Part shown: positions 26,235 to 31,770 of the stretch, piece by piece
Layout: every line of letters starts with the position of its first letter
Position numbering within the stretch: position 1 is the stretch's first letter
Source: an uncultured archaeon
GTDB taxonomy: Archaea; Asgardarchaeota; Lokiarchaeia; Sigyniarchaeales; Promethearchaeaceae
Length of the DNA: 31,770 nt
Assembly: GCA_964426185.1 (NCBI GenBank)
Contig: CAYRPF010000015.1
Coordinates: forward strand, 17,320-49,089
Direction: 5' to 3'
Program-made: the position numbers and the translations under genes
The notes under the pieces: generated by a model
What the model saw: only the letters and a program-made list of their open reading frames with translations
Told to the model about the DNA's origin: nothing
Databases searched by the model: none

Positions 26235-26615
26235 TTATTTTGATTGTGAAAGATATTCGGTAGCTTTCATAATGGATGAATCACCAGGATTGATGATACC
26301 CAATACAGAAACCCAATGTGGTCGAGCACACAGTGCACCTAATTCCCAACTTGAATTTTTAGAAGTATAAACGGGGATTGGTGCTTCTAAACAATTATTC
26401 AATAATTTAATTTGATTAACGACTTTTGCAGGGGCATTCCGAGCTACCACGATTAACTTCAATTCACCCATGGATAACTCACGGATAACCGAGCGCTGAC
26501 CAAGAAGAACTTCTCCAGTTTTTACGGCAACATTAATTTCTTTTCCCTCATCCCATAAGGATTTGGCACTCGATCGCTTTCGGCGTTTTAATTTTTGACC
26601 AGAACGGTAGGACAT
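26235..26615 (-). CDS. rpl30e: 50S ribosomal protein eL30 with basic N-terminal extension
   Basis: AVKTGEVLLG, IVVARNAP, ELGALCARPHWVSVLGIINPGDSSI; follows rpoA2. Confidence 0.93.
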   Translation of the reverse strand: MSYRSGQKLKRRKRSSAKSLWDEGKEINVAVKTGEVLLGQRSVIRELSMGELKLIVVARNAPAKVVNQIKLLNNCLEAPIPVYTSKNSSWELGALCARPHWVSVLGIINPGDSSIMKATEYLSQSK

Positions 26616-26753
26616 AGATTTATCAACTCTATTGATATTTTCGGTAATTCAGCATATTAAAAAAAATTTATGCTTAGATTCTTTTAAAATCTAGTAAAAG
26701 GAGAACAAATAGGAAAAAAAAAGATATATACGGTTGAAATGGAAATGTCTCGT

Positions 26754-31548
<4,795 letters not shown>

Positions 31549-31770
31549 AGTTGAACACCTTTTAATTGTGTTATTTAGGGATTAGAAAATTTTGTAAAAT
31601 AAGAAAGTAACAGAGGCTATTCCACTGTTCATGAACAAGAATAAAAGGAGGGCATTTGTAAAAAATTTTTCGAATAAATCAACAATTTCTTAAAATTTTC
31701 CATTTTGAAGGAAAAAAAATGTGGAAATAAATAAAAATTAGTAGTTGTAAAAATCAAACATCATTTCGCG

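Overview
AT-rich archaeal chromosomal window, most likely from an Asgard archaeon of the Lokiarchaeia type. This is inferred from the multi-TM + longin proteins, the eukaryote-type SECIS, and the extended r-proteins and RNAP subunits. Most of it is core information-processing genes: rpo1N(A')-rpo1C(A'')-eL30-uS12-uS7; eL42-eS27-TFS; PCNA, an RPA14-like gene, PriL-PriS-Gins51; aIF-2alpha-Nop10; pyrB. Between PCNA and PriL sits a ~4 kb minus-strand redox operon: ArsR, stand-alone HdrA N-terminal domain, 2x[4Fe-4S] ferredoxin, CMD/AhpD, DGC-GcvH(lipoyl) fusion, two DGC proteins and a CC-motif HesB-like protein. Its last gene is truncated in the ORF track: it is a 109-aa HesB-like paralog with two adjacent in-frame UGA codons (SQ-U-U-G) at the position of its neighbour's Cys-Cys motif. 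A eukaryote-type SECIS hairpin (AUGA / 9-bp helix / AAA loop / GA) follows 15 nt after its stop codon. This points to a vicinal di-selenocysteine protein inside an apparently undescribed lipoyl / Fe-S / thiol-selenol system. Other oddities: Rpo1N appears to start at ATC and carries a ~280-aa C-terminal extension with three W/Y-ETGK repeats, and a wHTH-ATP-cone-degenerate NrdD fusion lies beside pyrB. No rRNA, tRNA, CRISPR or IS element was recognised. All family assignments are by motif recognition by eye; no searches were run.
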